Positions 1 to 13,394 of a stretch of DNA of 64,000 bases are shown in pieces. The stretch is from positions 35,588,001 to 35,652,000 of the forward strand of contig CM097888.1 in assembly GCA_044892525.1 (NCBI GenBank), given 5' to 3'. The position numbers and the translations under genes are program-made. The stretch is from Schmidtea polychroa (taxonomy: Eukaryota). The notes under the pieces were generated by a model. It searched no databases. It saw only the letters and a list, made by a program, of their open reading frames with translations, and was not told the origin of the DNA. Position 1 is the stretch's first letter. Each line of letters starts with the position of its first letter.

Positions 1-479
1 TTATTAAAAAACCTGGATGGAGAGATGATTTAAAATTTTTGTTTGAGCTATGTGAGGCATACAAATGGTACACGAGTTCTGGCAAATTTCCTATCATAAA
101 GTGGTGAAAACTTCCATCGATCAATAATGCCAGATAAAACTCTCGACCAACGTTCTCTTTAATTGCCTATTTCTCATGTTACAGTATCGCGAGAGGCTGT
201 TCGATCTTTGTCATTTCGCAGCCACAGTATGGACAGCAGCATGGTTCTACTATCAGCATTTTAATGGCCACGTTTATCTCTAAATTCCGATACCAGGGGC
301 AATATAGTGACGCAAGAAGAGACAAAATCCGTAATTTGAGTCTAAAACCGCGCGTAGTATCGTGAAGTAAGCTTTTCTGGTCATTGGATGATTGCATCTT
401 TTCTCATTATAATTCTTCTGTGTGTGGATTAAGTAACAACAGTTCGCTCCTAATGAGTTCACGTGAACCTGAAATCTGG

Positions 480-970
480 CTAGTGCAGTTAGAGCAATTG
501 GAGAGTATGAAGAACGATACAAGCGGAAAGCACCTGATCAGACAACAGTTCAATATGGGAAAGACTAGTTATGGACAGAAGAGAGCTTACAGCTAAGACA
601 TAAGACAGGAAGACTTTAAAAGGAGAATCTCACGAATGAAGTGATTCATTATATCTTATAACACAACGAAGCCGCAATTCAGATAAATGGTCTCGGATAT
701 TGGAACATCCCAATCAACCGTTCACAGAATCGTTAGAAAAGAAGATATCCGTCCGTGAAAATATCAACAATTTGCGATTTTGGCTCTGGTATTTCGTCAA
801 ATATAACGTCTAACGAAACAGGCCTGCGACTCCAAGAAAATAGAGATTCAATTGAAAATTCGTTGAAAAACATCCCAACCAAGATGATTCAATCTTGTTA
901 TCGTTAATTTGTTAAGCATTGTTGAGTGTGCTTACAATAAGAAAGATGCCATATTGAACATTATGTAATG
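480..970 (+). mobile_element. Highly degraded Tc1/mariner-type transposase remnant
   Basis: Broken frames give DIGTSQSTVHRIVRK (HTH-like) and FWLWYFVKYNV...KNIPTKMIQSCY...CHIEHY*, resembling the DFFLWG..K..VY...GGHFEH C-terminus of DD37D/maT-like transposases; many stops and frameshifts. Confidence 0.5.
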
Positions 971-2419
971 CTACCTTGTGTTAGGGATTGGCATAAAATA
1001 TCATAGAACTAGAAAAATTAGAAAATAAACAAAACTAGTAATTTTACAATTACTAAAGATAGCATATAAGTATTAATAGTAGATTTTAAATACAAAAAAT
1101 AGAATTGCAGTAATTATTTATATAGAGAGAGGTGATAGGCGTAATCCGAGTTATATTTACTAAGTGAAATTAGTATAAATACGGAGCAATGCATTTTTGT
1201 GCTCAGGAAAAATAATTATACAAATTTTGAAATTGAACACAGATAGAAAATTCGCAAACGAATATTAAAAGGTATTAGCTTTCTTTTTTGTAGAAGTTAA
1301 TTTACCTTGTTAAATTGTCCGAATATTTACCCGCCTTTCATTCAACAGGCTATCAATTTATTCAATTAAACCGTTTGAAACAGTTCTTTTAGTAAAACTG
1401 TATTGTCTTTATAAAATTTTAAAGGGTAGGATTGTAGGAAACGTTGTAACCGATTCTTTGTAGCAATCGATAGCGTAAAAAATTGGGAATCCCTCATCTT
1501 TTACATTTCACCTTTGAGCGACGCTGCAGTTAAGTTAGAATCCAGCTATTGCCAACTTTAAAATATATGAGGACGGTTGGGTAAAACCGATATCTGCTTT
1601 AGTGATTTGCGCCAATTTTTGGGTCACTGTATTTACGAGTGATTTTAGATTAATTAAATTGTGTAAATCATATTTGTTATATTTATATTTTAATTTCATT
1701 TTATCATCGAAATCGAGTTGTCTTAGTTATTTAAAGATGTAGTATCATTTGGAGTCAGACAGTGCAAACAAGGTTAATAGTTAATCTAACTAACGAACTT
1801 AACACTAACTTTAGGTATTCTTTTAATTTGTATAAATATATAGATGCTCTTTTCTTCAATTTAAATTGTTTATTGCTTAACAAACAGAAACAGATACTTA
1901 TGAATCACCATGTACTTGATAAAGACAAAGCGGAAAATTAATAAAAAATAAAATAGTGATAAAAAATACACATAATTTGTATCATATTTGGTTTCATTTT
2001 TAAATGCATTGATAAGGATACTACGAATATTGGAATACGCAATGAAAAAAATGTTTTCTGCCGAGAAATTTTTACAATTACAAATATTTTAAAATGCGAT
2101 GGAATTTTTAAATAAATTAAAATTAATATTTTTCTTATTATACACCTATCCCCCGATTTACACAGTAGATACGTTCCTGAGAAAAACGTGTAAATCGAAA
2201 ATTAAAAATTTTCAAGTCAAAACCGTGTAAATCGAAAAGCTTGCAGAAAATGCATAATTTTGCTATTTAACAGTTGTGATTTTTTTCAATATTTTTAGGT
2301 GTACACAGAAATAAAAATAAAATGCATTGACAGGTTAAAATATGTAATATATTACGGAAACACTGTTTTTTTATTTAATTACAATACATTAAACAGTGTT
2401 TTATTATCCTTCATCACTA

Positions 2420-4131
2420 TCAGAAATTACTCTCATTCTTTTTTTTCGGAATCGAAGGTTGGAATTCATTTTCATCAGTCGAAGTTATTTGTGCCGATTC
2501 GATGTTTGAAGCAGAAATATTTACATTCTGAGAGGTGGTAATAAAATCGGTTATTAACAATTGCTTCGAATTTTTTGTAAGATCTTTGTAAACTTCTTCA
2601 TATTGAGCCAAGTAGCGATTTATGTCACGTTGGAATCGTAAAGCCCTTTCTACGTTTGTGTCATTTGCTTTCTTCCCAATGCGAGTCCTTCGCGGATGAC
2701 TTTAGCAGTGAATGTTACTGGTACTAATTCCTCTTCATCAGATTTTTCAGACTCACTTTCGCAAACTAAGTTAACTAAATCATCCTCACTTAGTTCTTTA
2801 TCAGCCATTAACTCTGCGATATCATCATCAGTAAAATCATCAAAACCTTCTCCGCCCAATGAATGCGTCATCTGTACTATCTGCAAATATTCATCATTTA
2901 ACGTTGAAATGGAATGTTCATTTTTGACTACATTTGGCCACAATTTTTTCCAACAGCTATTGAGTGTTGTTTGCTTAATTGCAGTGTATGATAAGGCGAT
3001 ATGCTTCACACAGTCTAATATTGTAAAATTTTTCCAAGCACTAATAACTGTTAAAGATTCATTTTTCTCCATTTGTTCCAAAATATATATAAAGGCTTGT
3101 TTTATGTACAAAGCTTTAAAAGTAGAAATTATGCTTTGGTCCAATGGTTGTAATAATAAAGTTGTATTTTTTGGTAAAATATTTACTTCAACGTTCTCAT
3201 ATTCTAGATCTTGTGGGTGACCCGGCGCATTGTCAATTAACAAAAGCACTTTAAAAGGCAATCCCTTTGAACCTAAATATTTTTTGGCATCTGGGATAAA
3301 ACATTCATGAAACCATTCAGTAAACATTGCAGCAGTAACCCACTCTTTCTTATTAGCCCTCCAATAAACGGGAAGATTTTTGATGTTTACTCCTTTAAAG
3401 GCACGGGGCATTTTTGATTTGTTAATCACTAATGGTTTCATAATATAATCTCCTGAAGCATTGCTACAGAAAAGAATTGTTATGCGATCTTTTGCTGCTT
3501 TATGACCACTAGCCGATTTATAAAATTTTGAGACATAAGTCCTTTCAGGCATTTTTTTCCAGAATAACCCTGACTCATCAGCATTGAAAACCTGATCAGG
3601 GGTGTATGAATTGTCGTTAATAATTTCTCCAAAATTTGCTGGATATTCATGGGCTGCATCTACGTGGCCAGAAGCCAGTTCACCTTTTAATTTTAAGCTG
3701 TGTAAAGAATGTCTTATTTTAAATCTTTCAAACCAGCCATGACTTGCCAAAAAATTTGGCTTCTTTTCAGTCGAAGAAGATGGTAATTGCTCTACAATTT
3801 TTTCGTAAATTCGTACTGCTTTATTTGTTATAGCGGCCGTATCAATGGGTACTCTTTTTTGTGTTTGATCTTCTATCCAAAGCATTAACGCTTTCTCCAT
3901 TTTTTCCATTGCGATATTTCTGGTGTATGATGTTTTGCCCATACTCGTGGTATTGCCAGCTGCAACACTCTTTCTAATTGTGTTTTCATTTGTTCTAATA
4001 GTTCTTATTGTAGCTTCGTTCATGCTATATGATTTTGCAACATCTACTACTCTATCTCCCTTTCGTAAGCGATCCAAAATTTCGATTTTAGTTTCTAAAG
4101 AAATAACTTTTCTTTTAACTTCTTTCGACAT
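2420..4131 (-). pseudogene. Tigger/pogo (TIGD1-like) transposase: CENP-B-type HTH plus DDE_1 domain, C-terminal frameshift
   Basis: 493-aa ORF 4131-2650 with SHGWFERFK, FNADESGLFW, LLIDNAPGH, QPLDQ (DD30D spacing); near 2670 the frame shifts and the natural tail continues as ANDTNVERALRFQR...AQYEEVYKDL to 2420. Confidence 0.9.
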
Positions 4132-4359
4132 TATAAGCCTATAATTTTTTTAATTTATGTTAATTTATAATATGTAATCTAAATTATGCACTCACTTTAA
4201 ACTTTAAAACTTTAATTTTATGCGAAGAAATACAGACACAGTGTGCATGTGCAGCAAGTCAGCACATAAGCTCGGGATTCCCCGTGAGATGTGTACACAG
4301 CGCACGTGTTCAAACACAGTAGCATTTAGTAGAGTGCGATAAAAACAAAAAAAAACTTA

Positions 4360-4576
4360 CCGTATTTTCCCGCATATAACCCGCATTCGCAGATAACCGT
4401 CATACTCAGATACCCCACAAGTTTTTAAGTTTTGTGTAAAAATTAAGCAATATAGTAAAATAACAAATACTTGTAAAAAATGTTTGATATAACCCGCGCT
4501 CATATATACCCCGTACCCCCCCTGTGGGATACGTAAAATTCGGTATAACCCGCGGGTTATATGCGGGAAAATACGG
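4360..4576. mobile_element. 217-bp MITE (Tc1/mariner superfamily, CCGTA-type ends) nested in the Tigger element
   Basis: Perfect 25-bp TIR ccgtattttcccgcatataacccgc; TA on both flanks (4358-4359, 4577-4578). Confidence 0.93.
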
Positions 4577-4693
4577 TATTTGAAAAACCGTGTAAAACAA
4601 GTACCGTGTAAATCGGGGGATAGGTGTACTTTGCTCATACAACATTATAAAAGTATTTCTGAAAATTATTATTGAATGACAAATCATTTCTAG

Positions 4694-5094
4694 AACCAGC
4701 AATTCTTGCAATTATGTACAATTTAACAAGCAATTCCGATATTTCTGTTTCTTTGGTCGACTTTTTAGTTAAAGTAAATTGTGAAAGTTATATTCCTTAT
4801 CTTCAATTTTTAACAGACAGTCGATCTTTTTTTTCCACTTGTAAGAGACCAAATTATCAGTTGTTTTCGTTTTGGCTTAGACGAGGCATTCAGAGTTAGT
4901 GTATTCAGGTATAGACTATATTTGTTAGTTATTGTGTATTGTGGCCTATTGTAGATCACTTGCACCCCTACACGATGTCTTGAAACATCACTCAGAACTT
5001 CATCAACAGTTTCTAGAATTAATAGGCGATACATCCAATACTTATCCACAGACACCACTGAATACTATCACGTTTGCTCTATCTGTAATAAACG
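4694..5094 (+). pseudogene. INTS3: Orphan duplicate of three INTS3 exons (4694-4773, 4817-4908, 4955-5094)
   Basis: Aligns with INTS3 exons 32664-32743, 32787-32878 and 32925-33064 of this window (EPAILAIMYNL..LVDFLVK / LFFPLVRDQII..RVSVFR / SLAPLHDVLKHHSELH); all splice sites and frames retained; I found no flanking INTS3 exons. Confidence 0.85.
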
Positions 5095-6127
5095 GTAAGT
5101 TATTGTTAAAAAATGATTTTTATAAATATTTTATAAAAATGAAATATAATAAAACTTTCTTAAATTCAATCGAAATGAAATCCTTTTGAAATTTTTAATC
5201 TTTCATAATAAATCGATATTTAATTTTTTTATTATGATGATTTTTGATGAATTTTCTAATTTTTCACAATTTCCAAAACCTAAATTAACGTTTCCACTTC
5301 ACTGGACAGTATAATTGTAACTTTATAGAAATACATGCTACCAAACCCAAAAATGATATTTGAAGTAGATAAATTATGTAGTTAATAATATCGATCAAAT
5401 ATGAAAATAATCTTGCATGCCGACACATCAAAATTGGTATATAAAGGCTAATGGAAGGATGTTTGAATCAATACTTCCTAATTCTACTGTTCCGTAACGT
5501 AATATAATCCACATAATCGATACTGAAAAATTGACTTTAATTTTAATTAATAACATGATATTTTTATTTTTTTGCTATCTGAAAAATGATTTTTCAAATC
5601 GAATGATGTATAATTTAGCCAGGTATCCCCTTTAAACTGTTATACTATGTGTTATACTATAAATTATTGTAAGTAAATTCAATTTATTGATTTAAAATAT
5701 CGCCTAATAATTTTTTAATTTTAATCGACAAATCTATTGATTGATTCATAGTATAATTTATTCAAGTATTCTTTTTAAAACTGTTATACTGTATTCAAAA
5801 AAATTAATTTGATTTATTTTATTATTTGCATTTTAGTTTAAAACCTTATTTCAATCGATATCATAACATTTATTATAATTTTTCTATGCAACAATGCGAC
5901 AAAGTTATTAAATTTTGAGCTAACTGCTTGATTTCCTCTGGTTAACCTATTCGATTAAATATTGAGATATATTTAGCCCGTGAGTAAAAATTACATGCCG
6001 TTTTTCCCTTATTATAAGCCTTATCATGATTTTATTGATATTTTCATACATTGTTAAAATAAAAAATATATTTGAAATGTTCAAAATGGCGGCTTATTTT
6101 TAAAAAAAACTCCTGGGAGAATAAATA

Positions 6128-6561
6128 TTAGGTCTATAACTTGAAAACTTATCGTGGCAAAGAAATGGTTATTGTCACAAATTAAATGAAATATTCAACT
6201 AGCAACGTTATATGTCAAATTTGATATATATTTGAACCATAATTAAACGACGCAAGGTGAATTTCCACCACGACAACGTTCTACCACATATAGCAAAAGT
6301 TACGTTATCGTCACCTACCTTGGAACTTCTAGTCCACCGTGTGTATTCACCAGAAATTGTTCCTTCTGATTATCACTTATTCCGATCGATGCAGCATGGC
6401 TTGGTAAATGAGCGCATCAAAAGATACGAAGAACCCACTTCTTTTAGCGTAAAATCCACTTATTGTCAGAAAGATGGAAAAATTTTAAAATTTTGATTAA
6501 AATAAAAATTATCATTTTCACAAAATAAACGTTTTCTCAAGTTTTCAAGTTATAGATCTAA
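6128..6561 (+). mobile_element. Internally deleted mariner element (434 bp)
   Basis: TIR ttaggtctataacttgaaaactt with 1 mismatch; TA TSD at 6126-6127 and 6562-6563; internal frame FHHDNVLPH..LVHRVYSPEIVPSDYHLFRSMQH matches the mariner YSPDLAPSDYHLF motif. Confidence 0.9.
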
Positions 6562-6828
6562 TACAAACACTAGTTTTAATAGAGGAGACACAGTAGTAGT
6601 AATAACACAGCTGGTGATAACATAGAAACACAGATTTACTTATTTCAATATATTATACGCCTAGTCAAATTTTGTGATGTAAATTATAAAAGGGATTACT
6701 GTTATGGAGATACTGTTCGTTGTATGTTACAGGAATCTAACCAAAACTCATGATATGGTCTTCAGTAAATAAAATTCTTAGATCTTAATATATAGTATGA
6801 GCTGCAATTATTCAGTGGCCAAAGTAAA

Positions 6829-6964
6829 NNNNNNNNNNNNNNNNNNNNNNNNNNNNNNNNNNNNNNNNNNNNNNNNNNNNNNNNNNNNNNNNNNNNNNNN
6901 NNNNNNNNNNNNNNNNNNNNNNNNNNNNNNNNNNNNNNNNNNNNNNNNNNNNNNNNNNNNNNNN
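6829..6964. other. Assembly gap (N run)
   Basis: Run of N. Confidence 1.
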
Positions 6965-8339
6965 AATTCATCAAATGCTATAGTTTTAAAAAATAATACA
7001 AATTTGCAACGACTTTCATGCGTTAATGCATAACATAGACCGGAAGTCAATAGTAAATGAATGTAATGTTTGTAGTGCGAATGCATATTTCTCTGCTTTC
7101 TTATTGAGAATTAAATTCTGTCTATTGTTTGTTACAATAAAAACTAGTTAAATTAAAATTTTAAAATGAGCAAGTGAGTTTGGTGTATTGAGTTATCATC
7201 AAGTCAAAGATTCCAGTGATCTGCCCCCAGTGGGTAAATAGCGTAATGGAAATAACTTTTTAGTGATTCCTAACCTTTCTAGGCTTATTAATGACAGATG
7301 ATAATTCAATGCTTTTTATTTGAGAATGGACTATTTACTGCTATAAATCATTATATTGAAATTCACGGCTCTTGATACAAAATATCACTTTATTTATACA
7401 AAAAAAAATTAGTAACCAAAAGTGAAGGTGGATTCTCTTAGATATTTAACTTGGTGTTTAGTGCTCACTATCATCTCCATTGGGTTAGATCTGTGTTTGA
7501 TGCTGAGTGTTAATATAAATTGGAGTTATTGGTTTTTAAGTGTAAAAATGTGCAAAGTAATTTCTGACTATAATCAGAGATATTTTTTGGGGGTTTTAGT
7601 CCGAAGTACTCAAATATTTTGCACCATAAAAATTATAATTATTGGTTTAACTTTAAAGTTTTGAAATCAATTCGTTTTATTTTTGAGAATCCATCCAATT
7701 TTTTCTGTTTCGACTTTTTTTTCACATACTTTAGAAATTTTCATTCAACAACATCTTTCAATTCCGCATCCTACATATAAATTGTACTTTTCCATCTTCA
7801 CAGTTTTTCTCCCTTTGTTATCTATTCATGATATATATTTTTCATTGATTAAGAAACAATCCTAAAAAGTAGAATACATAATCGTTTGTACATACATCTT
7901 TGCCACACCGACTATACCACACCAAATGCGACAATACGAATAAAAACACCATTGTGTTCAATGATATAAATCAATTTCTTCAGTTGGCAGTGATTTCTTT
8001 GCATTTAAATCGATAACCAAGATCTAAACAAAATTCCGAACCCCACCAATAAACAAAATGAGGAAATAAAAAGAGGAAATAAACTGTTTACTGAATATCT
8101 TTAAACAAACCATATATTACACATAATATTACAATACAAACACAAACATAAAATCGTGTTCACTGATATTAATGAATTCCTTCAGTTGACAGTGGTCAGG
8201 ATCTTGAGTCGGAGATGACGGGTAGTTAGTTACTCATGTGTATACGGTATTTTAATTGATAACCAAGATCTAAACACGATTAGTAGACAATTTTATAACG
8301 TAGAATGCACACCGGCAAATAAACATCGCTATTTACATC

Positions 8340-8680
8340 ACACAAAGCCAATTCATGTTGTGGGTTAAAGGTTATTCAGTTATCGGGAAGAGGTGAAAAT
8401 CATTAAGGACGAGATCGGGACCAGTGACAATACATATGAGTCAATTGTTGCTGTTGACAGGCAGAATGTGTGGATGCAATAGCTAGTGTACATTATTTCC
8501 TCTTTTCTCCCACCTCTTGATTCCTTTTGGTTTTGACATCTGATGCAGTGAAATCAATTTTGAGGTCTTTCATGCCAAAAGATTGGAAACACCAGGCATT
8601 GCTTGTGACATGTATGTAAATCCTCAGAAGTGTGTCATCTTTTGTGTTTCAGATTGGCATCCCCAAGTTTTTCAAAATTT
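8340..8680 (-). mobile_element. Degraded mariner transposase fragment
   Basis: Minus strand gives VFPIFWHE (cf. MVTVFWD) and PDLVLNDFHLFP (cf. SPDLAPSDFHLFP); broken frames. Confidence 0.4.
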
Positions 8681-9465
8681 TTCAAACCAATACTTAATAT
8701 TCTTATATATTTTATTAATTTGTTCGAATAAGCAATTTAAAATCCATACTCTTTTCTTTCTTACCTGATTATCAAAGTGAACCTGTCGAGTTATAAATCT
8801 TATAAATAAACCCTTGTGGAAATGTTGCTGTAATTGATTGTTATTTCTCAACTTCGAATAATTATTTTATATTTATTTACATTGTATTTATTAGAAATTG
8901 TTTGACTTTGAATCAGTGAAGATAGCGATGTTTTTTTTTTGAGATTCACGAATTTTTGGCACAGCTTTTTCAAGTGATTTTCATATTTATTTCCCTCGAT
9001 TTTTAGGATATCATCAAATGTAAAGTGGAAGTAATATGTGATTGATCAGAGTTGTTTATGTCGCAGAATTTAATGTTTATTCCAAGTAACTTTTTTGAGA
9101 CTGACACTTGGATGTGGATAGAATTCTATGTGACAAATCTAATATTCAGCAAAAACAACCTTTGCTTTATTCGGAATTACATTGTGTTTAGACAATTGGT
9201 TTGCATTCTAATACATTTTATTTTGTGTCTTAATTTTCGATAATTTAATTTAATTCGAAAATAATTCATGTCATTTACAGAAAATTAAGTGGAATCATCT
9301 TGAAATACGTTGGAAATATTCCGCTGGTCTTTATTAATCAATTGGGAATTTTCTAAATAAATTACTAAAAATAGAAATTAATTTTTAAAAAGTATAAATG
9401 TTACTAAAAATGGAAATTTAAAATTACTATTTAAAATCTATGTTATAATGAGAAAAATAAGAATA

Positions 9466-10156
9466 TGCAGACAGGAAGTTTTTTTTACATCAACTGCATG
9501 ACTAAAAAGTCAACTGAATAATGTTGGGCTGAGCCGGAAATTTAAACGTCGAAAATATAAACTTAGGAAATTTTAACTTAGAAGGTAAGACAAATAATAT
9601 ACAAAAAAAAATAAAAACAAAATAAATAATTTAAGAATAAAACGGAACAAGAAATAAGAAAATAAGAATTAGGAAAAATAAGAATTAAAACAAAATAAGA
9701 AAATAGAAATAGGAAAATAGATCAACCAACAAAAAGAAGGAAATTTAATAAATAATGAGGAAGCTAAGGAAATAAATAGAAAAACACAATAAAAACACAA
9801 TAAAAACAAAGAAAATAAGGGAAAATAATCATAAAAACAGAAAAAATAATTAAAATAAGCGGTACTCCAATCTGATTGGTCCGCATACACGCAAAAACAC
9901 TATATATACAGACACAAGACTCATTACATTCACGGTTAATTTCAAATTACTACAGGTAAGATTTAAGCGAAAATTACATTGACGGTTAATTTCAAATTAC
10001 TACAGAGACAATCAAGACTCAAGGATCAACTCAGCGCATTCAACAAGGAATCACAACTCAAGAAAACAACAGTATCGCATACATTGAGATCAACGTTGCA
10101 GAGAGATAACGCATAATTTTTCGACTCAGCTCACAGATTCAAATTTATTAACTGCA
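9466..10156 (+). repeat. LTR-like segment
   Basis: TGCAG...CTGCA ends; A-rich block, ccaatctgattgg, tatatata, internal 32-bp duplication; no TSD found. Confidence 0.3.
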
Positions 10157-10329
10157 GTAAGGCGATTTTATTTTGTTTAGATTATAAAATATTATACGTA
10201 ATTATTTACCTATTTAGTTATTTATTTATTTGTTGCTGTTTAAATAATCATTTGCTGTAATAATCATTCGTAAATAAACGATTTATTGTAGGAGTTCATA
10301 TTTTATATGTATATGATTATTTTATAAAA

Positions 10330-11400
10330 TTTATTGAGACACGTGGCGTTGAGATGGATGGCGTTCATGATAAGAGGTGCCCTCGGAAGCTCTATCGTTG
10401 GACGTACATCGTTTCAATCACGCAGCGAGAATGGGCAGTCAAGTGAAGGTTTCTTCACGGGTTCAATCGCTGAGGGCGACCAAAAATCTTATTTGAGTAA
10501 CGGGAGTTGGATCGAAAGAGTAATTTCAGACTTATTGTAAATTAGCTATGCGATACACAGTGATTGAGGTGGACACTTTATCTGTTTTGGCACGGTTAAA
10601 AGACGTTGGGTAGCTCTGGAAAAAGTTGTGAGCATTAAAAATCGAGATCTTCAACGTAACCACTGACTGTATTCTTGGTTCGAGACCGAATTTATGCGAG
10701 AGTTAACCACTAGTCACCCGGAAAATACCTACTTCAATCGATAGCATTATTACTTTCGATTAAAAACATTATCACAGTAGATAGGAAGAAAATTTTCATT
10801 ATCAAATTAAGACATCATAATACATTTGAGTTAAAATCACGATTGTAAATTTAGTTTTCTATCACATGAATAGTTCCATCGTTGATTTGGTTTTTCATAG
10901 TCATCTTTCATTTCATCCCTGAGACTTACTCGCGTCTGGTACATCCATCGGCAGAAAGGGAAAAATATTTCAGACACTAGGAACAGTCAGGCAAAAATCC
11001 AGTTTCAGAGAGTGATGTGCGAATTAACACACTGTAATAGCGTCGCGAATTTTTCAACGTAAAAACGTGCAGATAGGCAATATCCAATTCACGCTGATAA
11101 GATCTATGAGATGGTCGATGAGAAACTTCCAGATTGGCAGAATAAATCCAATAATTTGTTAGCTCTACGTACATGCATTGATAAGAGACTAGTTAACTAC
11201 CACCCGCATAGATAAGAACTCATGAGAGAGATAGACTGTGAACACAAGGAGTTTCAATTCACACGGCATTATGTCCGATAAGTAGTGAGCAGCAGTGACT
11301 ATGGGTATCAGATAACAACTCACATGCGGTAGGGCCAAGTGGGTCATTCACAAGTATCGATTATCGAGATGAGACCGTAAGGAAATAAGCCACCTGCTCT
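10330..11400 (+). mobile_element. Degraded Gypsy-like pol (integrase/chromodomain-like) remnant
   Basis: GC-richer island; broken frames include KLPDWQNKSNNLLALRTC..YHP (integrase C-half-like) and EWAVK*RFLHGFNR*GRPKILF (chromodomain-like). Confidence 0.35.
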
Positions 11401-11937
11401 GCAATTATTCAGCTAAATAGGAGACCTCATTTTAAAGTGCAAGCATTAAGCTTAATTTTCTTAAATTACACATTGGAATAAAAACTTACTGTAAACTTTT
11501 ATATCTGTTTAATCACTGACCTGATATCACTATATCCAAATGTTGCATGTTTCCGGTATAATTAGACTGCAAGTTAAAACATTTTTTCCTTTTCGTAACA
11601 AGTAACATAAAATGTTGTTAGTGTTAACTCTAAAACTGAACACCGCGATCGTAAACAATATTAAGAAAATATTAATTCTAAAATCCTCCAAAGTTTTTAT
11701 AAAAATCGAAACAAATATTTTGTTCATTTTATTTTTGATGCTACTAGTCCGGACAAATCTTAGGTATTAAACTATTTAAATGGTCATATTATTTATTTAC
11801 GGTAATAAATGGTGTTAGAGTTAAATCATAAAATTTAGTTAATAGATTTTCCGGTGTTTACGAATGCCTTTACAGTATGATAGACTCCTGATGATCATGT
11901 TAAAGACATATTTAGGTGATGATTGTGAAATACTGAC

Positions 11938-11952
11938 GGGGGGGGGGGGGGG
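11938..11952 (+). promoter_or_regulatory. G15 tract, candidate polypurine tract before an LTR-like TGATGG start (11955)
   Basis: 15 consecutive G, then aa, then TGATGG; near-complementary CCAGCA end at 13656-13661. Confidence 0.4.
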
Positions 11953-12380
11953 AATGATGGAAAATTTTGAGATGGACTTGAACCCATAAGGGCAACAAGA
12001 GCATAGGCCTTTTGCGAAGTGTATTTCGTTCAAAATCTTAGCTCAAGTAGGGAGTAAAATAGAATAATTAATAAACAAAACTAAATCAATTAAGGGGAAT
12101 AACAAATTAAGATAAAGTGAAGATGTAGAGATAGTGTTCTAAACAGCCATAGGATAACCTTTGATAAATTATCTTAGTGCACGAAAGGGGGAAAATCAAG
12201 GAGTAGATTTAGGTAAGTGACAGATAAACCTCTGATAATCAACTATACAGGGAGAGAATTGATCTCATTAACTCATCTTGTCCTTCCTCTTGCCAGGTAC
12301 CTCACTGTAATTGGACCCTTGTAGCTAACTGACTATTGCATGTATCATTCCCTTAATTTTCTTCATTACAGCCATTCGAC

Positions 12381-13130
12381 ATGTTATCTCAGAATAAATC
12401 GGTGCTACGATCCTGCTTCTCCTGCGCAGATAAAAACGCAGTGATAAAAGATCTTCAAGCCCGGATCGGTCGATACAAGCGGAAGATCGACGAGCTGGAA
12501 GGCACATGGTTCAGCCCAGTGCAAATGAAGGAGATGCAGAAAAAACTTCATCGTAGTGAACATTGCCGGGATGCTCTAATCTCCGAGAGCCGCTCCCAAC
12601 GAAGCTTGATCAAAGAGCAATCCGAGGCACTACACAAGGTGTATGTGCAGGCGACAACGACGAGGAAAATCGTGCAAATCTCCATCCATGAAGCAGATAA
12701 TCTGTTCCCGGTGCACCACGACACCTCAGCGAAAACGTCGTCTCCATTCAAGAGGCCCTGTCGTGAGTGTGTGGAAACTGAACTCTCACCAAGTCGTCAG
12801 GATGTTATCGTCGTAGGGACTAGTAAAGTGCAGCCCAATGTTCCATCTACATCAACTCAGCCGCAAGAGAAGCGGCCAATCGTGAAACCCAAGTGCCGGC
12901 AACCCACGACGACCGAGCGTAAGAGGAGGCAGCGTGAACGAGCCTCAGTAGTATCTAACAACCCTCCAACGGGAGATCCGATCAATACTACCAACTCCCA
13001 CCCATCAATTGACTTAACTACCGGAGTCCCAGCGCGGATCATCGCAGCCACGGGAGTGACGTGGGAAGAAAATGCCGGTGAATTTTTTGACCTGGACGAG
13101 CTACTAAAAGATACCGAATGGGAGAAGTGA
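12381..13130 (+). CDS. Cassette A ORF, 249 aa: coiled coil, EGTWFSP motif, basic NLS-like cluster, acidic aromatic tail; unknown function
   Basis: Intact GC-rich ORF; ATG 10 nt after acceptor ttcttcattacag (12371); upstream donor ttag|gtaagt (12213); aataaa at 13259; shares EGTWFSP with ORF 17868-18326. Confidence 0.7.
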   Translation: MLSQNKSVLRSCFSCADKNAVIKDLQARIGRYKRKIDELEGTWFSPVQMKEMQKKLHRSEHCRDALISESRSQRSLIKEQSEALHKVYVQATTTRKIVQISIHEADNLFPVHHDTSAKTSSPFKRPCRECVETELSPSRQDVIVVGTSKVQPNVPSTSTQPQEKRPIVKPKCRQPTTTERKRRQRERASVVSNNPPTGDPINTTNSHPSIDLTTGVPARIIAATGVTWEENAGEFFDLDELLKDTEWEK

Positions 13131-13394
13131 ACAGCTGTAACGAACTACTCTTTTTTCGATCATTACCTGACATGTTTCGTCCACTTATCTTCTCATCGAT
13201 TCTCTCTCTGACAATAGTGATTCGGTTAAATTTGTATAGCTCAATGTTATAGAATTGTAATAAAATTTTAGTTTTAGTGATTGGGTTTTTATGATAACTA
13301 ACTAATAACTGTGTAAAGACGAGAGTGTATTGGTTTATTGCGTCGGGATATATGTGCATTCGTCGTACCACCAAGGAGATTGATAGTGTGCGTT

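Larger units (their letters stand above)
2143..4626 (-). mobile_element. Full-length Tigger/pogo DNA transposon (2,484 bp)
   Basis: 25-bp TIRs cacctatcccccgatttacac(a/g)gta with 1 mismatch; TA TSD at 2141-2142 and 4627-4628; subterminal ccgtgtaaatcg repeats; internal transposase ORF. Confidence 0.95.

Noticed and set aside
2696-3220. 174-aa plus-strand ORF
   Set aside because: Antisense shadow of the Tigger transposase
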